A stretch of DNA of 62,997 nt, the filler included, from Vannella sp. (taxonomy: Eukaryota): assembly GCA_023345925.1 (NCBI GenBank). It is 6 parts of 6 records of this genome, joined end to end, with 100 filler letters (N's around TTAATTAATTAA, not from the genome) between each part and the next. Parts side by side here need not be neighbours in the genome. Positions count along the whole stretch, not along the records: positions 39,126 to 44,552 come from JAJQQN010000555.1; positions 44,653 to 49,531 come from JAJQQN010000809.1; positions 49,632 to 62,997 come from JAJQQN010000752.1; 3 more parts are not named here. The stretch is one strand, 5' to 3'. Below the pieces are notes generated by a model. That model did no database searches. It worked only from the letters and a program-made list of their open reading frames with translations, and had not been told where the DNA came from. Position 1 is the stretch's first letter. Every line of letters starts with the position of its first letter. Made by a program: the position numbers and the translations under genes. Below, piece after piece: positions 39,126 through 50,987 of this stretch.

Positions 39126-40490
39126 TTCTTTTTCGCCGCGCACTTTGGCGTAAGTGGGGCACCTACCACAAGCGAGAGTGAGACCACTGCTTCGAGTGAG
39201 ACTGCAACAACAAGCAGTTGTGAGACTTCAACCACAAGCGGCAGTCAGACCCCTACCTCAAGTAAGAGTTGTACCCCAACTACAAGTGTTAGTGAGAGTG
39301 CTTCTCCAAGTGGTAAAAAGGCCACAACTTTGAGTGATAGCGGGACTCCCAGTTCTTTCATTACGTTCAGCAGCAGCGAAACGGGATCAATTTCTGAAAA
39401 AGTCACTGCAAGCCCGTCGCTTTCGACTTCAATCAGTGCCACTCTTTCAAGAGGTGGAAGACAGCCCATAGCTGAGACACCCAGCAGTCCCATTGGCTCC
39501 AGTGAACCGGCCAGGAGTCTTGCAAGCTCGAATGAGAGTGCCGTCCCATCAAATTCCGGTTCGTCAGGTTTGCCCGGTCAAACAAGAATCTTTGCAATAT
39601 CTTCGAGCTTCGTTCTTTCTTCTTCAAGCAGAAATCAAATGGGAACTTCAACATTGAGCAAATCTCATTCAGCTAGTTCCAGTTTCAATGAGATGAAGAG
39701 CGCTACACTTCGCATTTCGACACTACCGTCTTCGAGGCAAACGCCAGACGACAGGATCTCGATCTCTGTAGCAACCCTCGTAGCATCCGAAAGCCGGGTC
39801 TTTGAGACGATAAGTGAGATACCAACTGAACCCTTCCCACCAATTACTCTGCAGTTCCCATACCAAATAGTTGTGGGCAATCTGAACTCGCCTGAGCTTG
39901 TGAAACTTCCCTCAACCCTGGACATTGTTTCGGCAGGAAGCTTGTACATTCCTTCTGGCTTTTCCCCTCAGCTTGACGCCACACTGATTATTGACTTGGC
40001 AGCGGAAGAGATTGGAAGGAACTTGTCCGATCCACGAATTGTTAGTAACGTTCTAGACATCACTCTTTTCATTCAAGGCTACTCTGTCACGCGCTTGGAC
40101 AAAAAGCTGACGATCTGCTTTCCTCGCCCGAACACAAAGAAGAGCGAGCGGGTCTGCTTGAGCTACTTTGACGAACTTGAGGGAAAGTGGAAATGTGAAG
40201 ATGAATGTCTCACTAACATGAAGGACGATACCTCTTGGTGCGGGCAAACTGATCACCTGACTAACTTTGCCTTGCTCCTCACTGGGAAGCAAACTGATGA
40301 CGACAATAATCCCTGCACATCTCAGCCAGGGGACTACACCTTGTCTTGGATCTCCATGGGTCTTGTGGGAGGGGCTATTGTAATGGTCGCTCTTTGTGTA
40401 GTAATACTTGAAGTTCACATTCGCCGACAAAGGATCCGGGTTGACTCACTCCTCCGCAAAGCAGCTCTTGGGGCCCAATCTTCCGTTTAA
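39126..40490 (+). CDS. Ser/Thr-rich single-pass surface protein with GAIN-B/GPS motif (5' truncated)
   Basis: S/T-rich stalk; C-x(9)-W-x-C and WCGQTDHL|TNFALLL GPS-like motif; one TM helix (WISMGLVGGAIVMVALCVVIL) and a basic cytosolic tail. Confidence 0.75.
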   Translation, partial: FFFAAHFGVSGAPTTSESETTASSETATTSSCETSTTSGSQTPTSSKSCTPTTSVSESASPSGKKATTLSDSGTPSSFITFSSSETGSISEKVTASPSLSTSISATLSRGGRQPIAETPSSPIGSSEPARSLASSNESAVPSNSGSSGLPGQTRIFAISSSFVLSSSSRNQMGTSTLSKSHSASSSFNEMKSATLRISTLPSSRQTPDDRISISVATLVASESRVFETISEIPTEPFPPITLQFPYQIVVGNLNSPELVKLPSTLDIVSAGSLYIPSGFSPQLDATLIIDLAAEEIGRNLSDPRIVSNVLDITLFIQGYSVTRLDKKLTICFPRPNTKKSERVCLSYFDELEGKWKCEDECLTNMKDDTSWCGQTDHLTNFALLLTGKQTDDDNNPCTSQPGDYTLSWISMGLVGGAIVMVALCVVILEVHIRRQRIRVDSLLRKAALGAQSSV

Positions 40491-40945
40491 TCGATGGCTG
40501 ATTCCCTTCTTTCTTTATAAACACTTCTTTTGCGTTCATTCTCATTCACAACAGAGCCCTGCATGCACTCCACTGAAGAGGATTCGATCACCACGACCTC
40601 ACTCGAGCCCTCAAGGGGCCCTTCTTTACCACAGTAGATGGTGTCTTCCACCCTTTTGCATCCTTTCTTGAGAAGGAGTGCCTTCTTTCTCCCATTCAGA
40701 AGAGAAGAAGCGTCCAAAAGGGATACTCTGTAGAGACTGAGCAGGCGCCCGCGCCTCGATTCACCTTCGTACAGCGACTTCTAATGGGCAATACCTCGTC
40801 CGCTCTCACCACACCAGAGGGAACGCGCAACGATCCCGCTTCTCCTCTGGAGAGGGTTGATAATGACCTTATCAGGAGGTGTCCCTTTATGTTGCTAATT
40901 CTTTTTCTATTAGTAAGGTGTTGGGCGGCATTGTTTGGGATCCTC

Positions 40946-41338
40946 ATGCCACAGGGAAAGGGTCTCGGTAATACCAAGCCAATGTTGCGTAACAAGCGCG
41001 GAGCAGCAACAAAGGAGATCCAAAAGGGTGAGATCATGAGGGGAGATCTATGGAGAGCTAACAGAGGCGTAGCGAAGCACAAGCCGAAGGTTCCCAAGAA
41101 GAACATGGAGTTCATTGCTCGCAAGGTTAGGAAGCTCCCTTCCGTGTGGCTCTAGTCAACAGGATCCCACTCATACTCTTTTTAGAAGCTTCTGGGAGCG
41201 CATATCTCGCAGGTGGAAGCTCTTATGGCGGACAAGGTCCAATCCCAGAATCTCTCCCTCAAGTTCCTCAAAACAGACAAGGCACTGATCAAGGACCTCA
41301 AAGCCAAAGAGATCAAGAAGAAGCAGAGGTATGGTTAG
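40946..41338 (+). CDS. Small basic protein, UPF0390/C19orf53 (DUF2462)-like
   Basis: MPQGK start, Lys-rich, spliced at GTTAGG...TTTAG to KLLGAHISQVEALMA...LKFLK...KKQRYG*. Confidence 0.5.
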
Positions 41339-41382
41339 GCCTGAGGACCTTCCCTACCCAACAGAGCCTTCTAAAAGGGAGT

Positions 41383-44300
41383 TTACTCGACACCTTGTTG
41401 GCCAATGATGGACAGAAAGACGTCTTCAAGGCTGGTTACACGTTAGAACAGGTAGAAGGAAGGTTAGAGAGTACGTACTTGGTTTGAAGGATCTCCCACT
41501 GGTCAATATGGTGAAGAAGAGCGCCACTTTCGAGGGCCGCGAACAAGGACGACAGAGAAACAGGGTCTTGAAGGTCTGCTGGGAGCTGGAAAGTGATTTC
41601 GTCTTTGATACGTTCAACCACCTCCGCAGTGGGAACCAGAGAAGTGATGAATCTGTCCAAATAAGCATCCAAAAGGCGGAATGAAAGTCGCTTACCGTTC
41701 GACTTGCCGACTTTGCCGTGGAGAGGCCAGCAGATGAATGCGGTAGCCAAAGCCATACTTCTTCTTCAGGTGAAGAGCTGTACCTATGCATTGAAGCTTC
41801 CCTTTGGACATAATGCTGATGCGGTCACAAAGGACGTCGGCCTCCTCCATGGAATGTGTGGTGAGAATGAGAGAGCGCCCTTCTTTAGAGGAGCTTATGA
41901 TGTCCCACAGCTGTCTCCTACTGGCAGGATCCAGTCCACTGGTTGGCTCATCCAGATAAACCACTGCTGGGTCACCTGCCAAAGCCATTGCAACACTCAA
42001 ACGGCGCCGCATTCCTCCACTGAGTTCACAAGAACGCTTAGAATGAGCGCAATCTAACAGCCCTACTCGGTCCAGTAGATCTAACTGCGGCCCCAGTGAA
42101 TAAGAGACCTCCAAATGACTTGGGACCTACCACATGAGCCTTTTCAGATGCCATTGGCACTCGCTTTAGGCGCGCGTAGAAAACAACATGCTCAAAAGGG
42201 GTGAGAGTGTCCCATTGGATATCGAATTGTGGACAAATCCCAATACTCTGTCGAATAGCATTCATGTGATGCCGAATGTCCTTCCCTCGCACGAAAGCAG
42301 TCCCGTAAGATGGTGGATATAATCCGGTTAGAATAGAGATCCTTTGTCTTGTGAGTATGAAGGCTTCTTGTAAGTAAGACCGCTTACAGGGTGGTTTTGC
42401 CGGCCCCATTTGGCCCAAGAAGGCCGAAACATTCGCCATCCTGGATTGCAAAGTCGACGCCTTGCAAAGCGAACTTTCCGTCTTTTCTTTGGCAAAGAGC
42501 CGAGGAGGAATAGAGCTTTTGGAGTCCGGAAATCACCAACGCACCGGCCTCTGCACCACTTGACTCCACTCGTTGCCGCTCCAATATTACATCAGAGTCT
42601 TCTTCATCCTCTTCGTACCATCCATACTTATCAACCACCGAAATTGGAGTCTCAGATTCAGTCTCTGTGGAGGACATACAGAGAAACAAGGGATGGTCTG
42701 GAACTCCATAAGTGCTCCCTGGTAAGACTCGATCCAAGTACAGTCCCAAGATTAAAAAGACAATGGAATGGACCAAGAGAAGCGCTAAGATAAATGGCAT
42801 CTCAGTTTCAAACGTCCACATTGCATCAGTAGAAAGGCAATGGTAAGAGGTACACGAAGAGAACATAACAAAAATGCCTCGCACGAAAACAAAAATAGGC
42901 CAAACGCTCCAGCCCCAAGGTAGAGAACTAATATCAGAATAAAGGAACTGGTTCAGAGCAACAGCTGTAACGACACTGACCACTACGGTTAAATACCCCA
43001 CCACTGATAGCAATTAGTAAAGAAAGAATGCGAAAAAGAACGTACAAGAGGCCAAGGCGGACTTGTTGAAGAAGCTACTCAGGAAGAATGATAAGGAAAT
43101 AAGAGTGTGTCCACTGAGGAAAAAGAACACCAAGAGAAGTGGGACACTGGTTTGAGTAAACAGGCGAACCTGTGCTACCAACTCGGCAGCGACGAAGAGA
43201 AGGACAACCACCAGATACATCGCATAGTCAAAGAGATAATTGATTGCCCAGTACATGGACATCCTCATTCCCATCATCTTCATCATCTCACGCACTCGAT
43301 TCTCCTTCTCGAGGACAATCGTAAACATGAACAGAGGAACCAAAAAGGCCAGACTGAAAGGAACTAAGGAGGGACCCACGAGGTCATTCAGGTCGAAGGA
43401 AATAGTTTCGCTCCAACTTGGAAACCCCTGAATAGAAGCAGAGACCACTTGAGTGCTATTTGACATCAATGCTAGATTAAAAATGAGCGTAAAATTGGCT
43501 TGAGAGGAGACGCAGCGTACAGAATGCAGAGTGAATAGCGTGGACGATAGAATTCAATTCAAATCGTATTTTAGAGGGAAGGCGCATCCCAGAGCGACGT
43601 GTGTACACAAAGTTATCATTATACATCACCTGAAATGATAGTTTACCTGTCGCAACATCCACTTCATCCAATACCAGGACTACAACATCAATTAAAGGAC
43701 AATTTGGGACATCCAGCTCGGTCCTCTCACCTCCATCAGGTGGCTCGTACATCAAGAAAGAGTGGGAAATATGATGCGCTGAGTTTTGGTTCATAAAGCT
43801 GAAGAGGCTTTGAATCTCCTCCTGTGCACTCTCAAGGGACTCTTTTGGTTCAAAAAATGGACACAAAGTGATGTTGGGCCAGGAGGGGTTGATGTAGGAG
43901 AACTGTCCGATGTTACCAAGCAATCCGCTTTGTTCGTTTTGGTCTGTAAGCATGCCAGAGGCCTTCCTGAGGGTGTTATCAACCACCCAGTTCCGGTTGT
44001 AGTAGTCTCTGAGCCTTTCTGTGAGCTTCGGTGTGTGTCAGAGTGAAGATGACTACTTGCATATCTCCAGTGAAGGCGAAAGGCTGAGGATAAAGCTGCA
44101 TCCTGGCAGGAACGACCATAGTTTGGACGCGCGTGGGGATTAGATCGTCGATAACGATCTGGGACGCATCAGACTCTTTCTATACCCTCTTCAGATAGTC
44201 ATACTTGCATTCCGGCGACACAGAGGATCAGCAGTATCGGGAAGACGATCTGAAAGCAGATTGTCTTCCTTTGTCGGGCCTGAACGGCGAGTAAGAACAC

Positions 44301-44456
44301 TTCCAACGCTTGTCAACCTACCTGTAAAGAAGCGTTCTTATATAGTAATGCTCTCATCTGCCCAATGACCTCCCATTCTCCCCTGGTCTCAACTTCTACA
44401 GACACTTCCCCCTCGTCTTGAAGGGGTTGGTCAACCTCTTCCTCCTCTTCCTCCAT
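41383..44456 (-). CDS. ABCA-family transporter, half-size (one TMD plus one NBD; multi-exon)
   Basis: [79 protein letters not shown]. Confidence 0.93.
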
Positions 44457-44552
44457 TGCCACAAAATGAGAAAGAAATCAGTTTTAATGTGGGAGCTGTT
44501 CGGTGGGCCTAGCTGCGTCTTGACGATAGGAAGAAGTCAAGCAGCGGTGGGG

Positions 44553-44652
44553 NNNNNNNNNNNNNNNNNNNNNNNNNNNNNNNNNNNNNNNNNNNNTTAA
44601 TTAATTAANNNNNNNNNNNNNNNNNNNNNNNNNNNNNNNNNNNNNNNNNNNN
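44553..44652. other. Artificial contig spacer
   Basis: N44-TTAATTAATTAA-N44. Confidence 0.97.
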
Positions 44653-44730
44653 CCGCCACTTTGGTCCTGATTGGTCATCCTCAGTTCCCTTCAGATCCCC
44701 TTCAGACTGGTTGGTTCATTTTCTTCGAGA

Positions 44731-47442
44731 ATGGGCAGGAAGGGGAAGGGAGGTGCGGCTGGAAAGCCCACCCCAGCTCCTACGCAGCGGACGTACAAGA
44801 AAGAGAAGGAGGAGGCGGAGAAGATCTATGAAGGAGGAGAACTACCAACTTTCTTGTGGATTCCAGCAGAGGTTGGGCCTCTTTCGAACGACCTGCAGGA
44901 GCCGCTGAACACTTGGATCTCCCGACTCACTGATCAAGTGGACGAGCCTTTCAAGAAGCACATTCAACGTCAACTACAGGGGACTGTCGAGCAAATCCCT
45001 GCGCTGAACAACCAACAGCAGTTGGCGGCCCTTCTTAAGTACTACACGGACCATCCTAACGTGAAGGATACTGCAGAGAAGTGGGAAGAGGTTGTAGGTG
45101 ACCGTATCAGTGGTACCAGCTTCCATGTCTGCTCGAACAAGGGGCGTCGCTTGTTTGGAAACGAAGACGTCATCTATCGTGCAGATCCCACCCTGCTTCA
45201 GTACTTACCAAGGGGCTGTGTGATGATAGAAGGACCAGGAGGCGAGTTGGCCTTGGTTACCTTCGCAACGCCCAAGATCTTCGGAAGAAAGGCTGGAGAT
45301 GATGACGACTCTGATATCATCAGCCGAACCATTCAGCGAGGCGACTTTTCAAGCTTCGTTGTCTCTGAAAAGGCAAATGGGGAGTGCTGCCACGTGTCCT
45401 TGTGTCCGTTTGACGACTCACTCTGGATCATTGGAAGCAAGAACCGGAAGATCGTTGTATCCAGCCGCGAGGACATTGCCAAGTACGAGTCCCAGGAGTG
45501 TTACACATTTGCTGTCGAGATGGCCAATACCTTCTTTACCAAGCTTCAGGAGATGGGAGCTGAGAAGGTGAAGGAATTGAAAGAGCTTTTCAGGATCACT
45601 CGCTGGACCTTCATCTTTGAGTTTGAGTCAGATCTTCATCAGCACATTGTAAGCTTAAACAAGGGCTCTACTCTGGTGCTCATCGGATGCTCTGGAATCC
45701 ACGTGTCACCTGGACGAGTTACCCATCCCATGCTTGGTTATGCTGTGGCGAGCTACTTTGGATTCAATTCGGTTATGAGGAACCAATCAGTTCACGCAAA
45801 GGAGGAGGAAGCTGGTGTGTGTAACGAGATTGTTCAAGAATGGAACACTGAAGGCAAAGTTCTCGTCCTTCTGGACGCTGAGAGCAATGTCGTGGACTTA
45901 GTCAAGGTGAAGAGTTGGTGGTACGTTCTACTGCGCTGCATTCGGGAGAAGATCCGAGGCAGCTTCACCAAACGAAATGATTTGCGGACTGTGTGTGTTG
46001 GTATCAATCAGCGAGTGGACCAACTGAAGAAAGCGATGAAAATGACAGACGATTATGCCCGGTGCTTTGGCACTTTGGGGGTGGAGTTTGCAGCGTGGCT
46101 AGTGACAAATCGTGTCATGACGAAGGAGGAGATCATTGACAACTACCCAACTTGCTGGAAGGATTTCCTTGTTTCTCGCAAACTACCCCTTGATCGGACT
46201 CTTCTTACGACAGAGCTTGAAGCAAGAGAGAATGTTGACTATTCAAAGTCCTCGGTACCTTTGCTTGTGTTGATGCAGGGCATCCCTGGAATCGGCAAGT
46301 CGTATTTGGGTAGCAAGTTGTCAGAGAGATTGAACGCGGCGGGAATCAAGTGCGTACATGTCGCCCAAGACGATTTTGTCCCAAAATTCGGCTTGAAGAA
46401 CAGTGGAAAGGCGTGCCAAGACTTTGTCAGAAGCAGTCTAATCGACCCTGAGAATAGGATTGTCATCCTGGCTCGAAATAACGCAAACTTGCAGCAGTAC
46501 CAGGACTATCTGGCTATGGATGGAGAAGGACTCTGTCGCGCTGTCTTTATTTGCCCTCGCGAGCTTTCTTCAAGAGTACAAGAGGCGGCTTTCTTGTGTG
46601 TGGCAGGTGTCTTACACCGGAAGGTTGCCAAAGAAGACCACCCAACCAATGACATGGAGGACTGTAATCTGGCTTCTTTACCACTCAAGTTCTTTGGAAG
46701 TCTGAAGGTGCATCCCAGCGCCTTCCTAGTTTCTGTCTTCTCGGATGAGCCGATTACCATTCCAAACCAGGCCATGTTCGAGCGGCTCTTATCGCGATTC
46801 CTTAGCAAAGGCTTCAAGTCTCCTGACGTGTCCCCGGATGATCTGCGTGTGCTCGGGTTGGATACAAAGGAAAACTTGGCTCAATACCAAAGGTATCGCA
46901 GAGACATCTCTTCTTCTGTTGGTGATTGTTTTGAGTTCCTTACTCGCATCCTTCCTAAGAATACGCCATCTACTGGCTCATACTACGCTGTTTCTCTGAA
47001 CTCCGATAGCAGTCTGGCACTCATGGAATTTGCCAAGGGGCTCTTCGAAGAAGGAGATCTCCCCAAGAGTTGGACTCTCCACGCCAATCACGTCACTTTG
47101 ATGCATTCCAACTCCTTCTTTGCCTCAAAGGAGTCCATTGAGATGTGGGAAGGTCTCAGTAAGCTTCTTGGTACACCAGTAGAGATTCGCCCTCTCAGCA
47201 TCCTTGTCAATGACCGCTTGGCCACTTTGAAGGTTTCTTGTGTCACAGACGAAGGCAACAACATTGATAACTTCGTAGTGACTGGAATGCCGCATGTGAC
47301 CATCGCAACAGCACCAAAAGTATCCGCGTTTGAATCTTCGTCTGCTCTGAAGGGAGGAGTTGGCCTCACGCAAACGGAAACTCCCCTTTTGACTGGTTTC
47401 ATTGAGCTGATTGAGCTCACTACCACCAAAACCGATGATTAG
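44731..47442 (+). CDS. Trifunctional Trl1-like RNA repair / tRNA ligase (ATP-dependent ligase, P-loop polynucleotide kinase, 2H cyclic phosphodiesterase)
   Basis: Nucleotidyltransferase motif I EKANGE (about 45367), SKN, TFIFE...HQHIV, EGKV, VKVK; P-loop QGIPGIGKS, QDD, RNN; two HxT motifs HVTL (47089) and HVTI (47293). No introns. Confidence 0.8.
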   Translation: MGRKGKGGAAGKPTPAPTQRTYKKEKEEAEKIYEGGELPTFLWIPAEVGPLSNDLQEPLNTWISRLTDQVDEPFKKHIQRQLQGTVEQIPALNNQQQLAALLKYYTDHPNVKDTAEKWEEVVGDRISGTSFHVCSNKGRRLFGNEDVIYRADPTLLQYLPRGCVMIEGPGGELALVTFATPKIFGRKAGDDDDSDIISRTIQRGDFSSFVVSEKANGECCHVSLCPFDDSLWIIGSKNRKIVVSSREDIAKYESQECYTFAVEMANTFFTKLQEMGAEKVKELKELFRITRWTFIFEFESDLHQHIVSLNKGSTLVLIGCSGIHVSPGRVTHPMLGYAVASYFGFNSVMRNQSVHAKEEEAGVCNEIVQEWNTEGKVLVLLDAESNVVDLVKVKSWWYVLLRCIREKIRGSFTKRNDLRTVCVGINQRVDQLKKAMKMTDDYARCFGTLGVEFAAWLVTNRVMTKEEIIDNYPTCWKDFLVSRKLPLDRTLLTTELEARENVDYSKSSVPLLVLMQGIPGIGKSYLGSKLSERLNAAGIKCVHVAQDDFVPKFGLKNSGKACQDFVRSSLIDPENRIVILARNNANLQQYQDYLAMDGEGLCRAVFICPRELSSRVQEAAFLCVAGVLHRKVAKEDHPTNDMEDCNLASLPLKFFGSLKVHPSAFLVSVFSDEPITIPNQAMFERLLSRFLSKGFKSPDVSPDDLRVLGLDTKENLAQYQRYRRDISSSVGDCFEFLTRILPKNTPSTGSYYAVSLNSDSSLALMEFAKGLFEEGDLPKSWTLHANHVTLMHSNSFFASKESIEMWEGLSKLLGTPVEIRPLSILVNDRLATLKVSCVTDEGNNIDNFVVTGMPHVTIATAPKVSAFESSSALKGGVGLTQTETPLLTGFIELIELTTTKTDD

Positions 47443-47560
47443 TTGCCATCTCGCTTTCCATTTTCCTATTTGACAAGCTGGTAAGCTTGCTTTGCCATCA
47501 GAATTCAAATAAATCATTCATTCACCTCCATTGCGACCTCTTTTGAACGACCAGACTTGG

Positions 47561-49303
47561 TCACCAACCAACGTGTTGGTTCTGGCAGGGCGTGCGTTCT
47601 GTTGTGATGTAAAATGGCTCTTCAAGGAGTATGCAGTCATCTGGGTCAGAGATATAGGTGAGAGATGTCGGTTCGTGGCTGGGGATTGTGGTTTGTGCTA
47701 CAGGACTGGAAGGAGGCGTTGGTGACCAACAGGAGAGTGTCGGTGAGGTTTCTTGTGGATCTTCTGTTACCAGTATTTCGGCGCATTTTAGAACTAGAGG
47801 TCCTGCTGGAGATGATAGTAGAGAGGGGAATCGCTGAGTAACTAACGCTGGGATGACGATGGGAGGGAGAGGACCTTCTTTGCAAAGTGACTGTAATTGT
47901 TCCAAAGTGGAGCGGGCGCATTCTGTCCAAGGGAGAAGGCTTCGGGGGCTTATGAATCGGGCGAATCGGAGGAGCTCTTCGTGAGAGGAATGAATGGAGA
48001 ACAAGACATGCCAACAGTCCTTCCCCAAAACTGGTTTGCTTTGAAACGGACTCAAATCTGGAATTTGGTCGGGATTCAATCCGAACCACATTGAAGAGGC
48101 TTTGATGAAAAGATGATCTGGTCCAGTATTGTGTGAGTCACTTCCTCCTGCTGGCTCAGGATTCGTTGAAGAAAGGCGAGGTTTGTCGAAGCCTTTCTGT
48201 GCGATGGCCCGTTAGATTAGCAGTCTTACAGAGACAGTCTCTTACCAACGATGTCCCTCGCCGTTTCTTCATTAAAGAGGTGAATGTCTTGTGAGGACAG
48301 ACGTGAAAGCGACTTTCTGAACCCTCCAAAGTAAAATACTTGTTCACATGAAGCAGGCATTTGGTCGCTTCCCACTTCTTCTGATCTACATGGATCTTAG
48401 CTTGTTCAGAGATGAATCAAACACACAGTAAAAGGGCTTTCAGCTTACTTTCGTCCGGAAACGCTTCGCCAGGACCACCAGAATGGGTTCAATGCCCAGC
48501 ATTTCGCCCTCCAAGTACACCTGGCATTCAGTTGGGTGATCCTCGATCAGTGTAATGATCTGTCTAATGGATTCTGCTTTCGAAGGGAACTTCCAGTGAG
48601 GATCTGAGAAGGTGGTGTCGATCAGAAGCAAGTCCACACTTTCCCTGGTCAGTTCTCGTCGTTGTAGACTCCGTTCCTGTTCTATTGGTCATCAAAGGCA
48701 TGTGGAGTACCACTCTTAACCACTAACCATGGAGGAGGAGAAGCGGAAGTCTCCAGTGAGGAGAAAAGTCCCAAAGTAGCCTCGCAGAAGGATCATTGCA
48801 GCCCCAGCGCAGTGGTCCGCCTCCAAAAACTCAATAGAACAGTAGATGCCCTCTTTTCCTTCTTCAAGGACTAACGGCACGAGCTTAGGAGCTTGAAAAG
48901 GCAGCCCAATAACCTGTCAACGCGGTCATAAGCAGGAACTTTGGCTCTTCCAGCGAGTATCGCACCTTGGCACCTAGCAAAGGGAACTTGCAGAGAAGGA
49001 GCTTTCTTGTGAGACTGGAGCAGTAGATGATGGGCCCCTCCCAGCTGTTGTGTAGCCCCACGAGATGATCTGAAGCCTGTTAGTGAAGCGGGCTCCTTCC
49101 CAGGCCTACCCACCAGCATGCACATGCGTAAGAAGATAGAAAGAAGGCTCCTTAACGCCTCTTCCCACTGTGAAGTTGTCGTATGCCACCGGAAGACCCG
49201 GCAACCACGCGCTCTCTTGGGCCCAACCTTCCTCCCGCTCCATCTCACTAATGAAGGGTTCTGACGGGTCTGTAGCGTTGGACTTGCATTGAGGTTTGTA
49301 CAT
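47561..49303 (-). CDS. SNM1-family metallo-beta-lactamase/beta-CASP nuclease (Artemis/Apollo-like; multi-exon)
   Basis: LTHVHA|DH across an intron, EADHCAGA, TGDFRF, IDTTF..FPS, SSMWF, FSIHSS. Confidence 0.88.
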
Positions 49304-49531
49304 AGCGACTTGTGACGTGATGAATCCTCCAGGCAAAGCAAGGTTGGCATGGCTTCCCCCCCAAAAAACAAAATAAAAATTTAAAAAACTGGGTTCCACA
49401 GAAAAAAAATAAACACAGGTTTATTTTAGAGCAATCTTGTTCTGAATGCTGGTTAGAAGGGCGTGTACATGGTGTCACGGGATTGATATCCCATTCCTGG
49501 GATAGCAGAGCGGCCAGGAATAGAGGCAGCA

Positions 49532-49631
49532 NNNNNNNNNNNNNNNNNNNNNNNNNNNNNNNNNNNNNNNNNNNNTTAATTAATTAANNNNNNNNNNNNN
49601 NNNNNNNNNNNNNNNNNNNNNNNNNNNNNNN
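49532..49631. other. Artificial contig spacer
   Basis: N44-TTAATTAATTAA-N44. Confidence 0.97.
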
Positions 49632-50409
49632 CCCTTCGGCAACCACACTCTTCTCTGCAAAGATGGGAGCCTTTGGGCTTTTGGTTGGAATAGGAGTGCC
49701 CAGCTCGGTCTTGGTCACAAAATAGATCAATTCCTACCAGCATTGGTTCCATGGAAAGGCCCACCGGTTCAGATAGACTGGGACTCTGTCCCTCTCTCGT
49801 TCTGGACGAAGAGTGTGTGGCAAGCCGGTGAGCTTTCGTCAATTACATCCGATGTATTTCAGATGATCTCAATACTACCTGCCATTTGCTATGGTGGCTG
49901 CTGGCGTGTATCATTGCGATTGCAACCGAAGGCGCTCTTTGGGTGTGGGCGAATGTCAATCGCATCTCTTGGGCCAGTTATGTTCCAGGAGAGTAATGGG
50001 GCTCAATCCGGTTATCAGAATAGCCTGGGGATATGATTTTCTCGTAGCAGAGGACCAGGAAGGTCTTTGGGTCTTGGGCTGTATCTCCCATGGCCTCTCA
50101 AGTTCCCTCCGGCCAACTCTGGTCAAAGCGGAAGGGAGTTCTGCAGGGCCTCTTCGAAGTATGGCTGCCCATGCCACTGGAGTGATTCCCATTGACTATC
50201 AAGGATTTGTGTTCTCTTCTGGTAACAACTCCTATGGCCAACTGGGGCGCACTTCTGGGACACATCACTCCTTCAGCGCGTCGAAAGCATTCCTCTCTCA
50301 TGCTTTCGGCATCCTGTGGATTCAGTGGCTCTGGGGCAGTAAACATGCTGAGATTTTGGATCAATCATCTCCGATCCTCGGGTGTGTGGCGAGGAACTGT
50401 GCTGTGTAG
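49632..50409 (+). pseudogene. Degraded RCC1/BLIP-II repeat gene, paralog of 52752 and 54117
   Basis: Begins PFGNHTLL..LWAFGWN..QLGLGH like the paralogs, but homology shifts frame several times (near 49790 and 49880) and is lost after about 50300. Confidence 0.7.
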
Positions 50410-50987
50410 GAGGTCGATTAAAGCACAGTTCTCACAGTCTGGCCCTTGTTGTTGTCATCCTCAGGGCAAGCTACGCAAATATAAGTTCTGCCCCCTGTTC
50501 CCCTTCACTCGGGATTTTCACCATCTCTCAACTCCTGATTGTTCATTCTTTGATCTGCAGGCGGCCTCCATTGAAAGGAGAGAGTTCACGCCCGCAATAA
50601 ACCACGTCAGTCTGGCCTTTGGCAGTGCTTAAATTCGCCTGGCACCGATCCAAATGATGTTTTTATATGTTTTCAAGAGTGGATACTTTCCCTCGTTTGG
50701 AGCGATGGTCAAATGAGCCCAAAAAAGTACTCCGACTAAAACACATAAATAGTCGATTGGTAAAGGTCCCGATCGAATTTAGAGGCACTTTTCAACCAGG
50801 GCCTGCGGACGTGGTTTAGTGCGGCGCTGAACTCTCTCAAAGTGCTTCTAAATTCGACTGGCACCAATGCGTTGCCAATCAGTCCTCAATCTAGCAAAGA
50901 AATGTTTGCTGAGAGGATGGCCTGTTTAGAGGGGTACGTCCAACTTTCGAATGGACCAATCAAAAGCCACTTTGTGGCAGCGGAGAG

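Noticed and set aside
20474..49631. Five identical N-TTAATTAATTAA-N blocks resembling a repeat family or PacI-site array
   Set aside because: Fixed 100-nt length, N padding and all-frame stops mark them as artificial contig joiners.
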